A DNA stretch of 64,000 nucleotides, taken from contig NC_085842.1 in NCBI RefSeq assembly GCF_035594765.1, forward strand, positions 100,354,782-100,418,781, read 5' to 3'. The translations under genes and the position numbers were made by a program. Source of the DNA: Anolis carolinensis (taxonomy: Eukaryota). Positions 63,804-64,000 of the stretch are shown here, one piece after another (within the stretch, counting starts at the first letter, position 1; each line of letters starts with the position of its first letter). The notes below the pieces were generated by a model. The model was not told the DNA's origin, did not search any database, and was given only the letters and a program-made list of their open reading frames with translations.

Positions 63804-64000
63804 TGAATGTTTTTGGTAGAATGGTGATATCCACCAACCCTTAACAAAGTCACTGGGTTTAGTTTTGTATTGTATTTGCAAAAGCAGCAGAAATAGAGGA
63901 TATTTCATTTTCCTTCCTACCCCTTGCAGCTTTTGTTACCCTGTTCCCTGCCCCAGAAGCCTCTACAGGGATTAAGGGGGATCAGCAAACCCCAAAGTCT

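Overview
This is vertebrate genomic DNA, almost certainly squamate and probably Anolis-like, judging by Sauria SINEs, Penelope pLTR fragments, Vingi, CR1 and hAT/Harbinger MITEs. The whole window appears to lie inside one + strand gene, ADAMTS2 (procollagen N-proteinase). Two coding exons are visible, 54588-54787 (end of prodomain, furin site, start of catalytic domain) and 63624-63707; no other exon was recognised in the preceding ~54 kb, which I read as one large intron. The intronic DNA is dense with transposons: (1) a full-length but frameshifted RTE-X-like LINE with a 14-bp TSD, a probable 5' transduction and canonical PCNA-binding PIP boxes near the N-termini of both ORF1 and ORF2; (2) a young, CpG-rich Ngaro/DIRS-type tyrosine-recombinase retrotransposon on the - strand with intact RT-RNaseH and YR ORFs, atypical short termini and a CTCF-like site; (3) a 2.5-kb TSD-bounded non-autonomous hAT element carrying Penelope and Harbinger-MITE cargo; (4) a three-layer nest of Vingi, solo LTR and Vingi; (5) decayed hammerhead (Penelope) and HDV-like (RTE) ribozyme motifs; (6) many SINEs and MITEs. 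Family names come from motif recognition by eye, not database searches.
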